Positions 27,010-40,870 of a DNA stretch of 64,000 bases are shown here, piece by piece (within the stretch, counting starts at the first letter, position 1; each line of letters opens with the position of its first letter). Location: NCBI RefSeq assembly GCF_001194135.2, contig NC_069005.1, forward strand, positions 902,194-966,193, written 5' to 3'. Both the position numbers and the translations under genes were made by a program. The stretch is from Octopus bimaculoides (lineage: Eukaryota). Under the pieces are notes generated by a model. That model ran no database searches and had not been told where the DNA came from. It saw nothing but the letters and a program-made list of their open reading frames with translations.

Positions 27010-28412
27010 TTTACTATCAAAAAAAAAAAAATCACAATAATGAATATTGTAGAAGAAAAATTCTACTTGGTAATCCCAAAATATGAATTTGTTTGCATTA
27101 AAAAATAGATATGAACACCACTTTAAACAAAGCCAGATTTTATTTATGATGTCATAATGTAAGTTTTGAAAACTTCTTTTCATCATTTCCACAATGCAGA
27201 GAATCATCACATTAGTTGTCCTTTATTTTACTTCATAAAATAATTCTCTGCATTTGTCCACTTTACAAATAATAAAAATATTCTTACAACACCAGTCACC
27301 TTGTTGACAAATTTGTTTTTCACTTCAGCTATTCATTTGTATCTTCTTCATAGTCATCAACTCCTTTATTAGTATTATTCTTCCATTATCTCAGCTCATG
27401 CTATTGGCAGTAATTCCACATGCATTAGCTAAGTCAGTAATCCAATATAACTTCTAAAAGAGAATAGTGCATTGGTAACAATAAATGCACAATGTATTTG
27501 CTTATTAGTTTAAGGTGCATTTTTCCATGCTGTCATGGGTTAGATGAGGAATTATTATGAGACAAGATATTATAGCTAAGATGCTCTTCTTGTCAACAGG
27601 GCTTTCTGTTTTCTCAAGAAAAGGGTTATTCTTATTGCAGAGGTTTTTCAAAAGCACAGGGACTGGATGTAATATCAGCAAGGTATGTCAGTATCACCAA
27701 GTGGTCAGAAGTGTGGAATATTCGAAACACAAATTATTCACACATGAATGTATGGATCATCAGCAGCAACTGAACATGTTTTTATGGAAGTTGTCAAGTA
27801 AATCACAACCCTCTTTCACCAGATATTTACTTCTGTTAGCTCTTGGGTTTTTCTATGAAGCTGATATGGGCAACCTTCTTTGAGAAGCAGGTTGCATGAG
27901 ACTTGGCTTGTCATCAAATAAGCTACACTACTAAAAAAATCCATGGTAATTTTATAAGTGTGCCATTCAGAAAATCCTGCAGGTCACATGCACCCCATGG
28001 GTCACAGTTTGCTCATGAATGCTATAAAGCTTGAGAATGACTTTTATAAAGTCTCTCTCATTCACATTGGGAATTTCTTTCATATCGTGTCTCCCACCAG
28101 TCATATACCTTCATACTATTTAAAGTTTTTAGCAATTACTATCCAATATGTACTTTCATATCTGTGACAGGGCAGTGTTCATGTTTATGTGTGAATAATA
28201 TGATCAACATATAATATTTATATACACCTGACACACAGATAAGGGTAACGAACTGTAGAAATCATGACATCTCACATTAAATAAATGAGTACATGAACCA
28301 TTAACGTGTCATCAGCGTTAGTGATGGAGAAAAGAAGCCAGTAGATGTCTGCCAATATTGATTAAGGAAAAAAACAGTATTTGTTGTTTGCATTCCATAC
28401 AATATTATCTAC

Positions 28413-29290
28413 AGTCTATTGACATTTGATAAAGTAATATTTGTAGTTTATTGATGTTCAATGAAATAGTATCTATGATTTATTGATGTTTAATAAAATA
28501 GAGCATTGTAAACTATTGCTGTTCAGTAAAATAGTGTGTCTTCTATTGATGTTCAGTAAAATATATCTGTGATCTATTGATGTTCAAATAATATTACTGA
28601 TCTATTGTTTTTCTATAAAATAGTACCCCTATCCTATTGGTGTTCAGTAATATAGTATCTGTAATCTATTGATGTTCGTTAAAGTAGCATGTGTAGTCTA
28701 TTGATGTTGAAAGAGTATTTCTGGTCTATTGATGTTCAATGAAATAATATCAGTTGTCTATTGGTGTTCAATAGAATAGTATCTGCCATCTATTGATCTT
28801 TTATCTTTTGCTTGTTCCAGTCTTCAGACTGCGACCATGCTGGGGCACCACCTTCAACAGTTTAGTCTAACAAATTAACCCCAGAATTTATTTATTTTTT
28901 TTAAAACTTGGCACTTATTCTATTGGCCTCTTTTTGTCAGACTGCTAAGTTACAGAGGCATAAACAAACCAACACCAGTTGTCAAGCAATGGTGCACAAC
29001 AAAGACAAGCCACTTACACAGTCACACACACACACACGATAGGATTCTTTCAGGTTCCATCTACCAAATCCACTCACGAGGTTGTGGTCAGCCCACGCCT
29101 ATATAGAAGACACTTGCCTGAGATGTTGTACAGTGGGACTGAACCCAGAACCATGTGGTTTGGAAGTAGAATTCTTACCATACAACCACATCTGAACCTA
29201 TAAAATAGCCTCTGTCATATATTGATGCTTAATAAGATAATATCTATAGTCTATTGGTGTTCAATAAAATAATATCTGTCATATACTGGT
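28413..29290. repeat. ~32-bp minisatellite (ctattgatgttcaataaaatagtatctgtgat-like) interrupted by a SINE
   Basis: About 12 degenerate units before 28799 and 2-3 more after 29199. Confidence 0.8.
28799..29199 (-). mobile_element. SINE family B (head, internal CA microsatellite, tail), inserted in a minisatellite
   Basis: gactgcgaccatgctggggcacc..ctaagttac..gtcaagc..(ca)n..ccaaatccactcac..agaagacacttgcc..gggactgaacc. Confidence 0.8.
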
Positions 29291-30167
29291 ATTGATTCCA
29301 TTAACTATAAATGGTTGGCATCCATTCAATAATTAAAATAGCTTTTAACTATAATATATAACGGAATAATTTCTTTGTGATTCTTTCTTTGTAATGGTAA
29401 TTCTGTTAAATCTATTTTACATATTTGATGATGTTTCACTCGTATTTATATAATTTATATTGCATTGTTATTATTATTATTGTTGTTGCTGTTGTTGTTG
29501 GCTAGCATCAGGTCAGTCCTAGCCCTGTCGGCCTATGGTTAAAAGTATTCCATTGTTGCCCAATCGTTTCATTTCATCTATAATGTGACGAGGTTAACAT
29601 TATTCAACATGTCTTATCCTCTTTCAAGACCTTAGAGTGTGTTATAAGAGGGAATAGTCTTCTATTTCTAGCAGGAAGAGTGATAACTGAGACATTTCTT
29701 TGTGTGTCTGATGGTGGAGGTGATGGCGGTAATGGTAACAGCAGAAGTGGTGGTGGTAGTGGTGGTGGTGCTTTGCTAGAGCACATAGTGGAGTTGGAAA
29801 AATCTATATTCTCTGAGAACAATAATGGTGTGTGTAATTAGCTAATTACTACCAGGAAGGAATTATATTGTCCCTCACACCCACTACAATATAAACCCTA
29901 CTATTTATTGCTTACTTGCCATTTGTTTCTTATTCCAAAATGAAGGAAAACTGATTAGTTAGGAAAGAAAATAAGAAATCAACATTTATTTTTTACATAT
30001 CTTTAAATTGTTTCAGCTTCAAAACTGCAGTCATACTGGGGCACCACCATTATATTGATAGTGTTAAAAAAACTTCATGTATGCATGAATAATAATCTCA
30101 ATGGATGTCTGAGCGTAAAGGGGTCACACAAGTCAGTCAATGATTTATTGAATAAAGCCATACATAC

Positions 30168-30540
30168 GTGGCTGTGTGGTTAAGTTTGCTTCCCAACCAT
30201 GTGGTTTTGGGTTCAGTGTCTTCTACTATAGCCCTGGGAGGACAAAATCTTTGTGAGTGGATTTGAAAGATGGAAACTAAGAGAAGCCTCCTGTCATGCA
30301 TGCATGCATACATGTGTGCATGCATGCATGTGTACCCTTGCCTTGACAATGTGTGGTGATTGTAAACAAGCATCACTTTTGTACCAGTGATGTTCTTTGT
30401 ATCCAGTCTGGCCATGGGAGGAAAATATTACCTGGCTTGGAAACAGGTGAGGGTTGAAGACAGAAAAGGCATTCAGTCATGGAGAATCTGCCTCAACAAA
30501 TTCCATCTGACTCTTGCAAGCATGGAAAAATAAATGATAA
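30168..30540 (+). mobile_element. SINE family B head composite
   Basis: gtggctgtgtggttaagtttgcttcccaaccatgtgg..gtgagtggatttgaaagatggaaact; body homologous to 14800-15030. Confidence 0.7.
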
Positions 30541-32477
30541 AGTGTGGTTGGTGGCAGCAGATTTTTTAGGGATGATACATAATCAATTGAATTGACTCTA
30601 GCACATGTCCAGTACTTATATTCACAAGCATGAAATTAAAAATTGATTCCAGGCTAATTAGATCTCAGAATGTCCAGGGATAGAACAACTTCCTCTCATT
30701 ACCCTGTTTTCTCCAAACTCCAGATGAAACACCCATTAATTTTAAAATGCTTTCACTACATACAGATGTGAACTAAATCTCCAGTTATACGAACTGTGTG
30801 AGATTATGTGCCTTCACCATGACTTTACAGCACAACAACAGGGAGGAAATATCAATCACTAATTGTTTCATCAGATAGGTTTACCTCCTACTGATTTTGT
30901 CACCTGCCATACCACACCAAGATTATTAATTCTCTTAGGTAAGCCATAAGCATCAGATCACATAATTTCATTTCTCTCTTTCCCACCAACTACCTCTCAC
31001 CTTGTGCATCTCAATACATCAATATACCAAGTGTTTGATTTAGCAAAGCAGTTATGTAATGCACATAGTCTTATTTCCTCCACCTCCAAGGAATCTATGA
31101 CCTTATGTTACAAAAAAATCAATATCAAAATGTCATGATTACCAATTAAACACTTTCCACTTCACTTCCATCATTATCAATATTGAGCAAGGCATGAACA
31201 TTATTCAATCTTCTTTCCCCTTCTCTTATAAGCCTGGAACGTTTTTCTAAAAGAGATCAATACATAACTTATTCTTTTTCTTCTTCTTCTTCAATTTTCC
31301 CCCATTTTACCTCTATTCTCGACCTTTCTCTTGAGCAATGTAGATCTAATGTAAGACTTTCCATGGCAATCCTCTTGTATGGAAAACTATGTTGTCTACT
31401 TTACAGAATCTGGTTGATTCTGTTCTATTCTGGTAACTGCATAATGGTAATAATTTTCATAAATTATGAATGCTTAAGTGAATGATTATACATAGAATAT
31501 GTAATATTTTTAGAGTCACCATTCACTTTGTAACTCATGAATATTACCTTTTTTTTTTTACTTCTTACTTACACTAAACAAGTGAGAGCTGGTGACAGGA
31601 ACAATATCTGGGCAAAGAAGATCTGCCTCAACAACAAATGACTGTATGGATCCATCTGACCCATGCAGGCATGGGAAAGTGGATGTTAAAATGACATACA
31701 TATATATATATATACATATATATATACATACATATATATATATATATACACAGACGTGTGTGTGTGTATCTCTCTATGTGTTTATGTATGTATGTATAAA
31801 TGTCTACACATACCTACATACATTTTCTCACCGTCTATATATCATCATGTTTCAGGTCGTCTGCACTTCTCCAGTAACTGTTGACATTTCTCGAAACGTG
31901 ACTGTCATACTCTTCCTACAAAATCATTGCTCAAGGTTGTTAGGTATGCTTAACAGATATATTTATTGCTTACAGAGGTACACACTTTTTCGTGGAATGT
32001 CTATAAATAACAATTGTACTGCTTTTGTATTATTTCTCTATCACTTTGACATTATCATAATATCATTGTGAAGCAAACTTTCATCTGAGCAATGTTTTAA
32101 ATTAGACAGCCGTATTTTAAGTAATGAATCTATCACTTATGTCGGTAGTCTCAAATATAATGTACTCTAATAATTAGGAGCTATTATTAAAAATACTTAA
32201 ATAACTTGAGTTAGACTTCTTACGATATTATAGTTTTTACAGCTTAATAATACGTTGTTATTTTTTTTAATAATGGGCATTTTCCCCCTGGTACGAGACT
32301 TTCTATTAATTCTAGTCACATTTATTTTTTTTATTTTTTGTTCTTTTTTGCATGTGGCCCTTAAATTATATATTTATTATTTAATATTTTACGAATTTAG
32401 TCTCCAATTAGAAACTAATAAACTAACATCTGCTGGTTTTAAAACATGTTTCTACAAGTGTCGCCCACTTTGTATAC

Positions 32478-32814
32478 TCTTCTTACTTGTTTCAGTTTTT
32501 TTACTGCGGCCATGCTGGAGCACCGCCTTTAGTTGAGCAAATCAACCCCAGGACTTATTCTTTGTAAGCCTAGTACTTATTCTACCAGTCTCTTTTGCTG
32601 AACCACTAAGTTATGGGGACATAAACACACCAGCATTGGTTGTCAAGCGATGTTGAGGGGACAAGCACGGACACACAAACATATGCACACACATACATAT
32701 ACATATATATATATATATGACAAGCTTCTTTCAGTTTCCGTCCACCAAACCCACTCACAAGGCTTTGGTCAGCCCAAGACTATAGTAGAAGACACTTGCC
32801 CAAGGTGCCACGCA
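32478..32814 (-). mobile_element. SINE family B copy (left member of an inverted pair)
   Basis: ctgcggccatgctggagcaccgcctttagttgagc..gacacttgcccaaggtgccacgc; relatively intact. Confidence 0.85.
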
Positions 32815-32924
32815 CAAATATTTGTGTATACATGCGTATATATATGTACACACACCTTACATATAGTAAACTGGTGGTCAAAGGTTCAAATCCCCTTGGT
32901 GGGGTCTTGGTTTTTATATGGTCA

Positions 32925-33390
32925 GGCATGGCTGTATGGTAGGAAGCTTACTTCCTCACCACATGGCTTTGGGTCCAGTCCCACAGAGTGGCACCTTGGG
33001 CAAGTGTTTTCTACAATAGTTCTGGGCTGACCAAAGACTCCTGGGTGGATTTGGTTGGCAGAAACTGGAAGATGCCAACTGTATATGTGTGTGTGTGTGT
33101 GTGTGTATATACATGCATGTGTGTGTTTGAATATGTGTATGTATACGTGTGTGTATGTATCTATGCAAGTGTGTTTGTGTTTGTGTTTGTCCTCCACCTG
33201 TTGACTGGTTTTGGTTTGTTTATGTCCTCTTAACTGTGTGGTGTGGCAAAATATGCTGATAGATTAAGTACCAGACTAGAAAAATGAGTTCTGGGGTCAA
33301 TCTGTTCAACGAAACTCTTCAATGCAGTGCCCCAGTATGGCCACAGTGCAATGTAAAAGATAGAAGACAAAAGGTGCGGAGGAATGGATA
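32925..33390 (+). mobile_element. SINE family B copy (right member of an inverted pair)
   Basis: gtggcaccttgggcaagtg..ggatttggttggcagaaactg..(tg)n..cagtgccccagtatggccacag. Confidence 0.8.
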
Positions 33391-33718
33391 TGTTTGTATG
33401 TCTGTGACACCATGTTTGTGTTTATGTCGACACAGGTGTTGTTTATGTTGTCTGTTTGTATCCTGTCACTTAGCAGTTCAATAAATATGAATTGATGAAA
33501 TATACACCAGACTGAAGAAAATGACTGGGAGCAATATAATTGACAAAGGTCCTTGAAGATATGCCCCAGCATGGTCACAGCCCAATCACTAAAACCAGTG
33601 AAAATATAAGAGAGTAAAGGAGTAAATGTATTGTAGTAGTTGTAGTGGTGCCAGTAGCAGTAGTAGTAGTAGTAGCACTACTACTACTACTATTACTACT
33701 ACTACTACTATCACCAGC

Positions 33719-33758
<40 letters not shown>

Positions 33759-33840
33759 GTATATTTGGGATACAGCTCTTGATTGAAACATGTCTAGTTA
33801 TTAAAATAGTTCAACCTCTTCCCCGGCTGTGTTTAAAATC

Positions 33841-33881
<41 letters not shown>

Positions 33882-34098
33882 NNNNNNNNNNNNNNNNNNN
33901 NNNNNNNNNNNNNNNNNNNNNNNNNNNNNNNNNNNNNNNNNNNNNNNNNNNNNNNNNNNNNNNNNNNNNNNNNNNNNNNNNNNNNNNNNNNNNNNNNNNN
34001 NNNNNNNNNNNNNNNNNNNNNNNNNNNNNNNNNNNNNNNNNNNNNNNNNNNNNNNNNNNNNNNNNNNNNNNNNNNNNNNNNNNNNNNNNNNNNNNNNN

Positions 34099-34134
<36 letters not shown>

Positions 34135-34454
34135 ATGGCATTCACTCCATCCTACAGATATACATCTACTGCGAAATAATGTAGTCGGAGAGATGAAATT
34201 CCCTCGTTCCTGACAAAAGGTGAATCGAATTTCCACTTAGCTGAAAAACCTGAACATCTTCCTCTCTGACCTCACCCCCCCCCACATCCCTCATCAGCCA
34301 ATTCCATTTCTATACTTTGCAGCTGTGCTATGAAGGAATAACCATTACCAAGTTGATAACATGGCAGCCAGATGCAGGATTTCCCTGTCTGCTATTACAC
34401 AACACAGCAATTCTATTAATGCAGTGATGGGGGCTTCCCCCACCAATGACATAT

Positions 34455-34502
<48 letters not shown>

Positions 34503-36230
34503 TCTCCCTCTTTCTCTCTCTCTCTCTCTCTTCCTCTCCCTCTTTCTTTCTCTCTCCCTCTTTCTTTCTCTCTCCCCTTCTCTCTCTATCCAACACACTG
34601 GCTTATTGATTTTAACACTGCTTTCAGATTCAGTTACCAGTTACAGTAATGTCTCTCCATACATTTCAGTAGGCAAGACAAGGTGGAAAATAAAATTTTA
34701 AAAAATGCAAGATTCACTCAGGTCTCTCCAGTAGTGCCTCTGATGTTCAGCAGCAGAACCAAAATATTGCATTATATTTATGGTTCAGTGCCAAATATAA
34801 CCTGTCTTTTGTAAATAATATTTCATTATTTGCTTGATACTAAACCCTTTTCATTTATTGATATTTATTGATTAACACTTCTGGTTATTACATTCACTTT
34901 AGTTTAAACCCTTTGTCTCGTTTTATTTTCAGTATATATTAAAATAACAACAACAACATTAATTGTAATAATAATGTTGATTGTTAATAAAGAAGTAATT
35001 ATGAGCTTATTGTATATAATGCTCAGGTGTGTTACAACTCATCAGAAAAGGGTAAAAAAGGGGACAGAAAAGCACAATAAGTCAAAGAAAGCAAGGCAAG
35101 AATGATAGTCAAAAAGTATGAGCTTAGTATACAAGATAAAGTATAAGGAGACAGAAAAGTGAAGAGTAAAAGAGTCAAAAGGAGGGGGGAGTGTTTAGGT
35201 ATGTCAAGAATAGTGTTGCTGGTTTTTAGAAAAATATGGAATTTTCTTTTGACTGATCAGTGTCTTGGCAGCTAATAATTGATGCAGGTAGTTTTATTTC
35301 CTCCTTTGACAATTCTGAACATTCTGAAAAAATATTTCCAAAAGTCATGGAATCCGAGCTGTTTTTTTTTATTATTATTATTCTATATTTGTGTCCATGG
35401 TTAGTAGAGATATTGAATTAAAATAGTTTTGTTGGAAAGATGGTGGATAATCTTGTGGGCTTTTACCAAGCTAACTACTAGACATCAAAGATTTAATTAC
35501 CTCTCTTTCTAATTATTTAATTATTTATCCATTAAGTTAGCTAATCAATTATTTATGAAGTGAAAAAAAGCTGACATTGAGATACACTAGTGTGCTGTAA
35601 AGAGAAGAAAAATGTAATATTTTGGCAATGAAAATTGATTTCTTTATGAAATGCCATATTCATTCTTCCTTCACTCAACAACTTCCAATACAGACCATGA
35701 AATTTGAATTTCAATCATTATATTTGGCTATTACCTGTTTATACACCAAGCTAACTACCAACTTATTTAGTAAGCTATCTGATTACTTCCCTAACTACAT
35801 ACATTTCTATATACTGAACCATGTATGACCATCTTTTTATATAGCAAGATAATTAACTAGCTTGTTACACAAACACCAAACTATCTTACTTTCTTTCTGT
35901 ATGCTAAGCTGTCTACTTATATAATATATATGTATATATATCATCATCATCTCCATCATTATTTAACGTCTATCTTCCATTCATGCATGGGTAGGACAGT
36001 TGACAGGAGCCAGCCAGGTAGAAAACTACCCTAGGCTACTGTGTCTGTTTTGGCAGGGTTTTTTTTTTTAACAGCTGGATGCTCTTCCTAACACCAACCA
36101 CTCTGCAGGGTGGACTCAGTGCTTTTTATGTGGCACTAGCAAAATGTGAGGTTAGTTTTGGCAAGATTTCCCGTTCCTGCCATTCGCCAGGGAAGTGGCG
36201 GAAGGAATGGGAACTCCTCCTCACAAATAT

Positions 36231-36278
<48 letters not shown>

Positions 36279-36795
36279 ATATAATAAGCACTTNNNNNNN
36301 NNNNNNNNNNNNNNNNNNNNNNNNNNNNNNNNNNNNNNNNNNNNNNNNNNNNNNNNNNNNNNNNNNNNNNTGTGTGTGTGTGTGTGCATGCAAGTGTATA
36401 TGTATGTATATATATGTATATCTATATATAAATGTGTATTTGTATATATATATATATATTTCTTCCAGTCTATTTGCCAGATTAATTCTTGCTTTGCAGA
36501 GCACATGATCAAGTTGCATGTGTCATTTGTTTGTGTAACATTTTGTTTTGTGAAGATAGTTTACTAATTCAGTAGCCAATCCTTTCCCAGGTGAAGGTCA
36601 GTTTTCCCATGTGAAAAGCCGGGCTCAGTATCATGAGCCAATAGAATGCTTGTCAGTCGTTTACAGTGCTGCCTCTGTATAAAACAGTCAGCAATACCAT
36701 AGTGTCCACATAGAATTGGGTGGAGTTGTTTGTTGATAGTTTGAGAACAATAACAATAAAGAAACAGCAACAATAACCATATACGTACTTGCATT

Positions 36796-36847
<52 letters not shown>

Positions 36848-36899
36848 TATATGTGTGTGCATATATCAAAAGAGACAACTTGAACCTGGTGCAGCTCTC

Positions 36900-37350
36900 T
36901 TCAGTTTGTTTGTTTGTTTTGGTTTGGTTTCTATGGTTGGATGCCCTTCCTAATGCCAATCACACCACAGAATGTACTGGATGTTTTGCATGTGTCACCG
37001 GCTGATGTATATTTTACATATCACTGTCATGGGGGCATATTGCGTGTCACTGGCATGAGTGCTCTTTATGTGTCACCAGCACGGATGCCTATTACATGTC
37101 ACTGGGCCAGGTGCCTTTTTACATAGAATGCGATCAGCACAGGTGCCTCTCACATGTCACCAGCATGGACACTTTCCATGTGCCACTGGCACTGGCCACG
37201 ACTATGAATGATTTCCCTTAGCTTGACGTGTCTTTTCAAGCAGAGCAAATCGCCAAAAGCCTCAGTCACTTGTCATTGCTTCCACGAGACTCAACATCTC
37301 AAGATCATACTTCACTACCTCATCCTACATCTTCCTGACGGACACGTCAC
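36900..37350 (-). mobile_element. Family C RTE-like LINE 3' fragment including the end of the ORF
   Basis: Minus strand reads *DEVVKYDLEMLSLVEAMTSD*GFWRFALLEKTRQAK (RTE C-terminus-like), then the 3' UTR motif ggatgcccttcctaatgcc. Confidence 0.65.
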
Positions 37351-38034
37351 TTCAGTTCCTCTTATTGTAGGAAATAGATACCAAGCTTATCCACAAAACT
37401 TCCATCGGACTTGAAGGCTACCCAAGAGAATATTTTTCTTCCATGAAATTTAATGCTGCAGTAACCACTGTTTCTAAGGAGATCATGATTTATGAACAGG
37501 ATTACGCTAGCATGATTATATGCCAGGAGTAATCTGCATGAAATGGTTAATAGCGAGAATAATCAATTTAAATTGTTGTCACCAAAGTTGAACAGCAGAT
37601 AGAAATTAATAAGTGAAGCAGTTTGTCTGCCTTGTGTAATACTAAAACTTAATTGTAAAATGCTGAGTTTGAATCTCGTTAAAGTGACAAGTAATTAGCA
37701 TAAATCAAGGACACTGTTGTGAGAGAGGGAGGTGGCGGTGGTGGTGGTGAGGACTTAACACTAACAATTCAATAAGCTGTGATTCTTTATCACTGAACAT
37801 TCAACAATTACGCTATGTTCACCTATAATGGCTGAATTTGAATAGAAGTTGATAGCTGAAGCCCACAATTTCTTCAGTTCACTGGGGATGCCACCCACCC
37901 CACACCGTCAAGCACTTGTGCATGAATTCTTTTGGAATCTTTCTTCACAGCTTAACCTGTTTTACCATTCCTCTCTGTATTCTTATCCCTCCTAGCTATG
38001 AATTATATTTTGTGATTTTTTATTATTATTTCCT

Positions 38035-38402
38035 TTCAAGCATTGGGCCTCACGGAGACAAAGTGGCTGAGTTCTGTTCAAGAGTTAGGCCTCACGGAGG
38101 CAGGTCTCAAAGAGGCAATAACCAAGACTTTTGGCATTATGTCGTGCTTGAGAAGAAGACCCATCAAGCCAAGTAAAATCACAATCGTGGCAGATACCAG
38201 TGTCACACAAATGGCACCCATGCTGGTGGCACATAGAAGCATCCATTACACTTTCAGAGTGGTTGGCATTAGGAAGGGCGTCCAGCCATAAAAACCCATG
38301 CCAAATCAGACAAGTGGAGCCTGGTGCAGCCTTCCAGCACGCCACCCCAGTCAAACCATCCAACCCATGCCAGCATGGACAACAGATGTTAAATGATGAT
38401 GA
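38035..38402 (+). mobile_element. Family C RTE-like LINE 3' fragment
   Basis: TTAGGCCTCACGGAGGCA (LGLTEA)..gagtggttggcattaggaagggcgtccagcc..ccaacccatgccagcatgg..ttaaatgatgatgat. Confidence 0.72.
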
Positions 38403-38419
38403 TATATATATATATATAC

Positions 38420-38452
<33 letters not shown>

Positions 38453-39162
38453 AACACACACACATCACAGTAGCCAGAAGCATTGCCAGTTCTTGTGTGG
38501 CCATTGACAATTTTTCACCTAATTTCTGACTTGAAATAATACTCATAATAAATAACTACTCTAATGCCAACCTTCTGAGATAATGTGTGTGTGTGTGTGT
38601 GATTAAAGCTTTGCTTTTACTCCTAGATGCCCTTCCTTCTGCTAGTAATTCCCCACTAAAGTAGAAGTAGAACTTGTTTCACATCCAGTCAGGCAGCTTG
38701 GAGCAGGCAGCTTCAGGTGCTTTGCTTAAGGCAGTGACATGCAACCACAGCAATATAATCAGAATTTACGACCATAATATCAATAGTCCAGCACTATAAC
38801 ATTACAGTTACACCNNNNNNNNNNCACACACACACACAAAGAAAGCAATGAAATGCAGTAGAAATACCAGTTCAACATTGACACACAGTTATACAGTAAA
38901 CACAATTTCTTTTGGTTAATAAATGTAGAATAGTAAAGACAAACCACCTTTAAATATTCACCTCTGTGGTCAGTATTTTACAATTGTGGAACACTTCCTT
39001 TCTTTTCATTGGTTAATAATTGTTTCTAATTTAAGCACAATGCTATCACGATTGAGGAGTGGTGCTTAGTTAATTTCTATCAACCCCAAATCTCGCTGGT
39101 GCATTAATCAACTCTGGATGCATGACAGGCAAAGCCTAAATTCATCATCCATACTTTCATTC

Positions 39163-39329
<167 letters not shown>

Positions 39330-40137
39330 NNNNNNNNNNNNNNNNNNNNNNNNNNNNNNNNNNNNNNNNNNNNNNNNNNNNNNNNNNNNNNNNNNNNNNN
39401 NNNNNNNNNNNNNNNNNNNNNNNNNNNNNNNNNNNNNNNNNNNNNNNNNNNNNNNNNNNNNNNNNNNNNNNNNNNNNNNNNNNNNNNNNNNNNNNNNNNN
39501 NNNNNNNNNNNNNNNNNNNNNNNNNNNNNNNNNNNNNNNNNNNNNNNNNNNNNNNNNNNNNNNNNNNNNNNNNNNNNNNNNNNNNNNNNNNNNNNNNNNN
39601 NNNNNNNNNNNNNNNNNNNNNNNNNNNNNNNNNNNNNNNNNNNNNNNNNNNNNNNNNNNNNNNNNNNNNNNNNNNNNNNNNNNNNNNNNNNNNNNNNNNN
39701 NNNNNNNNNNNNNNNNNNNNNNNNNNNNNNNNNNNNNNNNNNNNNNNNNNNNNNNNNNNNNNNNNNNNNNNNNNNNNNNNNNNNNNNNNNNNNNNNNNNN
39801 NNNNNNNNNNNNNNNNNNNNNNNNNNNNNNNNNNNNNNNNNNNNNNNNNNNNNNNNNNNNNNNNNNNNNNNNNNNNNNNNNNNNNNNNNNNNNNNNNNNN
39901 NNNNNNNNNNNNNNNNNNNNNNNNNNNNNNNNNNNNNNNNNNNNNNNNNNNNNNNNNNNNNNNNNNNNNNNNNNNNNNNNNNNNNGGTGGTGGTATCGGC
40001 AGCAGTGGCAGAATATATTTATTTATTAATATTATATTGTATTCATTTATAAACAATAGTGTTATTGGTTACAGAACTCCAATGGGCCAATCACTTGTTC
40101 ACTGTATGAAGCATGTACAATCAATATACATACATAA

Positions 40138-40184
<47 letters not shown>

Positions 40185-40584
40185 ACAGCTGTACTTGTTT
40201 GGCAAGTACAACTTGATGGGAGAGAGTATGTTCAAGCCGAGACAAATTATCTCATAAAAGAGAACTTTTAATAATTCACAATTGTGACAGTGACCCAGAT
40301 GAAGGCAGGAATTGGAGATTTTTGTGATTTTGAAAGGGTTAAATTAATTCCACCTTGATATATAGAGATCTATAGACATATAAGCAGAGGAATGGTTGTG
40401 TGGTTAATAAGCTCACTTTGCAACCTCATGGTTTTGGGGTCTAACAACATATATTCCTCGATTCAATCCAAGATGAATCCCCAAACTAAAATTAGATTTA
40501 AATAAAATCTAGATTTAATTTATTTATACATATTTAAATATAATTCATTTATATGAATATATACATAAATATATTAACATACAT

Positions 40585-40870
40585 GGCCGATACCAGCACC
40601 ACCTTGACTGGCTCCCATGCCGGTGGCACGTAAAAGGCACCATCCAATCATGGTCGATGCCAACCCCCTCTGGCCCCTGTGCCGGTGGCATGTAAAAAGC
40701 ATCCACTACACTCTCACAGTGGTTGGCATTAGGAAAGGGCATCCAGCTGTAGAAACATGGCCAGATCAGACTGGAGTCTGGTGCAGCCTCCTGGCTTTCC
40801 AGACCCCAGTCGAACCGTCCAACCCATGCCAGCATGGAAAATGGAAGTTAAACGATGATGATGATGATGA
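40585..40870 (+). mobile_element. Family C copy with (GAT)n tail
   Basis: gtggttggcattaggaagggcatccagctgtagaaac..ccaacccatgccagcatggaaa..ttaaacgatgatgatg. Further copies at about 12156-12370(-), 35940-36150(-), 48860-49153(+) and 53095-53290(+). Confidence 0.78.

Noticed and set aside
27010-27210. First 67 residues of the 332-aa ORF-track entry (MMILCIVEMM...FFFFDSK)
   Set aside because: F/Y-rich and contains the poly-T acceptor, so most likely intron sequence that happens to be in frame.
28413-28800. CRISPR-like appearance of the 32-bp periodic array
   Set aside because: Eukaryotic context, degenerate units with no unique spacers, and no cas genes.
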